64,000 nt of DNA from Klebsormidium nitens (lineage: Eukaryota; Plantae; Klebsormidiophyceae): NCBI GenBank assembly GCA_000708835.1, contig DF237180.1, forward strand, positions 1-64,000. Reading direction: 5' to 3'. Below, one piece after another: positions 62,401-64,000 of this stretch. Position numbers and translations under genes: made by a program. Under the pieces are notes generated by a model, which was given only the letters and a program-made list of their open reading frames with translations, had not been told where the DNA came from and ran no database searches. Position 1 is the stretch's first letter. Each line of letters begins with the position of its first letter.

Positions 62401-64000
62401 GCAAAGTCTTGGGGAATTTTGCTCTTCCGCCCATCTGAACTCGTTCTTTAGACTTGTCGACTGTTTCTGGCTCTTGACTCACCCTTTCCCCGCAGGCTGG
62501 ACGACTTCGAGTGCAGTCTGTGCTGAGAGTTACGTCCACGATGTCCGCGCTCGTCAGGAGACATGTAGACGGATCTACGCTCTCCTTGCAACCTGTCCCC
62601 TTACACTTTGGACGAATGCGGATGGAGTCTGTCCGTTTATCTTTCGAATGTGATCCCACTCCGCCATCACAGATGTCAGTGCCGATGACCTTTTGACCGA
62701 CTCCACTAACATTGCCCCTGCAGGCTGGACGACTTTAGTTACAGTTTGTGCTGGGGTCTCATTCAAGGTTTCTACTCGTGTCAAAATATTCGCATGACTG
62801 AACACTTGTTTTCTTTCAACTCTTTCCCCTCAGGTCGGACGTCTTCATGTACAGGCTGTGCGCCGAATTTCCTTGAGTTGACACGCAGATATTGACTTGG
62901 CCGCTCAGATGATGGCGTTTCAAAACTGACTCTTGGTTTGACTCCAAACAACACTTCCCCCTCGCAGGTGGACGACTTCGGGTACAGTCTGTGCGTTGAT
63001 CTTGCAAAGGTTTCCTCTCCGCGACACTCATAATTCCGTATCCTTGGTCTTGAACTGACTCTACCAATAAATTCCCTGCAGGCTGGACGACTTTGGGTAC
63101 AGCCTGTGCTGGGAGGACCACGTGGTGGTGTCGGGGCGGTCCTTCTACCTGCCCGGCTCGCTCGATAAAGCAACGGAGGCTAACCTGGACCAGTGGAACA
63201 AGGTCACGCCGCCGCTGTACCTCTGGAGCCACAACGCCTTCTTCGACAAGCACATGCAAATTGCGCAGGCCAATGGGCATAACAGCATCTTCGACCCGTT
63301 GCAGGTAAGGTTCGGGTTCCTTGTGTGGACAGTCGATGTTCGATTGTTGGGGGTTACAGAAGTACGCCTCTGGTGCAGGGTCCTGGATTGGCTTGGGGGA
63401 GTTGCTGTGATCTAACTGCCGTTGACATTCTTCATGACAAGAGCGCTCCTCAGGGCAGATGTAAGACTAGGAAACCCTCATGACGACGCTGCTCTGAAAC
63501 CCGCTTTCGGAAACGGACGAATCTCGTTGCTTCCAAAGGAGCCGTCACACTGCTCGCTTAAAAACGCGGCATCCGTTGACTTCTACTTTTCAAACGTAGC
63601 CGTTCGTCACTTTTTCCTCGATCGCACACCGCAATGACCCGCCTACTAGCCGCCGCCGCAAATGCTGGTTTTCTAAGCTACCCACCCTCCATTCACCACG
63701 GACTTTCCCATACGTTTCAACACTATCCTTCCTCTGGCTGACTCTCTTTCCGGTTTTCTCTGCCGCAGCCGCCCGCTCCAGGGACCAACCCCGCCTGGGA
63801 GCTGCAGCAGGCGCAGCAGCAGGCCTTCTTCCACCAGCAGCAAATGCAGGCGCTTCAGCCTCAGTGGGGGCCGTTCCCCGGCGTCCTCCAGCCCCCCCCC
63901 TTCGCTCCTGTGCCCGGCGCCCCCCGCCACCCGGCTTCCAACCGGGGGCTACGGAGGGCCGCAGTTCGAGCCGCCCCCCCTCAGTTGCCCGCCGGGGCGA
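47486..64000 (+). CDS. EDM2: EDM2-like chromatin/RNA-processing protein (>2100 aa, at least 18 exons, 3'-truncated by the window): N-terminal extension with CW finger, RFTS-like region, three PHD-like fingers, N6-adenine-MTase-like domain, Pro/Gln-rich tail
   Basis: join(47486-48014,48480-50802,52273-53049,53502-53712,54444-54700,55396-55492,55910-56023,56642-56898,57204-57305,57627-58167,58530-58642,58905-59049,59379-59495,60340-60474,60949-61062,61518-61711,63082-63304,63769->64000), phases all consistent. Motifs VCAICDDGG, CDGECMRSFH, CGHFYHPNCVA, CRRCPVAYHVKCLP, VYLAPFLHGSRYTSFGRHFT, IVDFCCGANDFS, GLNPPFGVNAALANKFI, SFYLPGS, WNKVTPPLYLWS. Linkage of the first three exons rests on phase match only. 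Confidence 0.9.
61437..61508. repeat. 35-bp tandem duplication immediately upstream of the 61518 acceptor
   Basis: CCGAAAATGTTTTAACACTTCTGACGAGCTCTTGG followed by CCGAAAATGTTTCAACACTTCAGACGAACTCACTTGG. Confidence 0.85.
62365..63110 (+). repeat. Array of seven ~110-133-bp units, each carrying a copy of the splice-acceptor/exon-start junction of the 63082 exon
   Basis: Core CCCTGCAG|GCTGGACGACTTTGGGTACAGCCTGTGC; GGACG cores at 62380, 62499, 62610, 62727, 62837, 62970, 63085. Confidence 0.9.

Noticed and set aside
62365-63110. CRISPR-like array (conserved ~30-nt repeats with unique spacers)
   Set aside because: Eukaryotic intron, no cas genes, repeats are degenerate and non-palindromic, spacers are ~80-100 nt, and the repeat is the host gene's own splice junction.

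Overview
Eukaryotic nuclear DNA with no prokaryotic features. GC-rich exons sit among roughly 50%-GC introns, and land-plant-type genes (EDM2-like, plant fimbrin, plastid PPase) co-occur with a probable flagellar coiled-coil gene. This fits a streptophyte alga such as Klebsormidium (inference, not verified). I built spliced models by hand, checking GT-AG sites and reading-frame phase, for about nine genes. In order: an orphan multi-pass membrane gene (-), a TPX2-like gene (+), fimbrin (-), a ~850-aa orphan (-), a ~1000-aa ODA-docking-complex-like coiled-coil gene (+), mitochondrial-type CPN10 (-), plastid pyrophosphatase (+), UBR7 (-), and a >2100-aa EDM2-like gene (+) that runs off the right edge. 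Eight of the nine lie in head-to-head pairs. No tRNA, rRNA, CRISPR or intact transposon was found. Main observations: (1) Several introns contain tandem copies of their own 3' splice junction. The clearest case is a seven-unit, ~117-bp array upstream of an EDM2 methyltransferase-domain exon, where four decoy AGs each lead to a premature stop. (2) The EDM2-like protein has a long N-terminal extension with a CW zinc finger that lacks its aromatic-cage tryptophans. (3) A divergent promoter is bounded by an inverted repeat and contains strong hairpins. (4) An 11-bp minisatellite abuts a splice acceptor.
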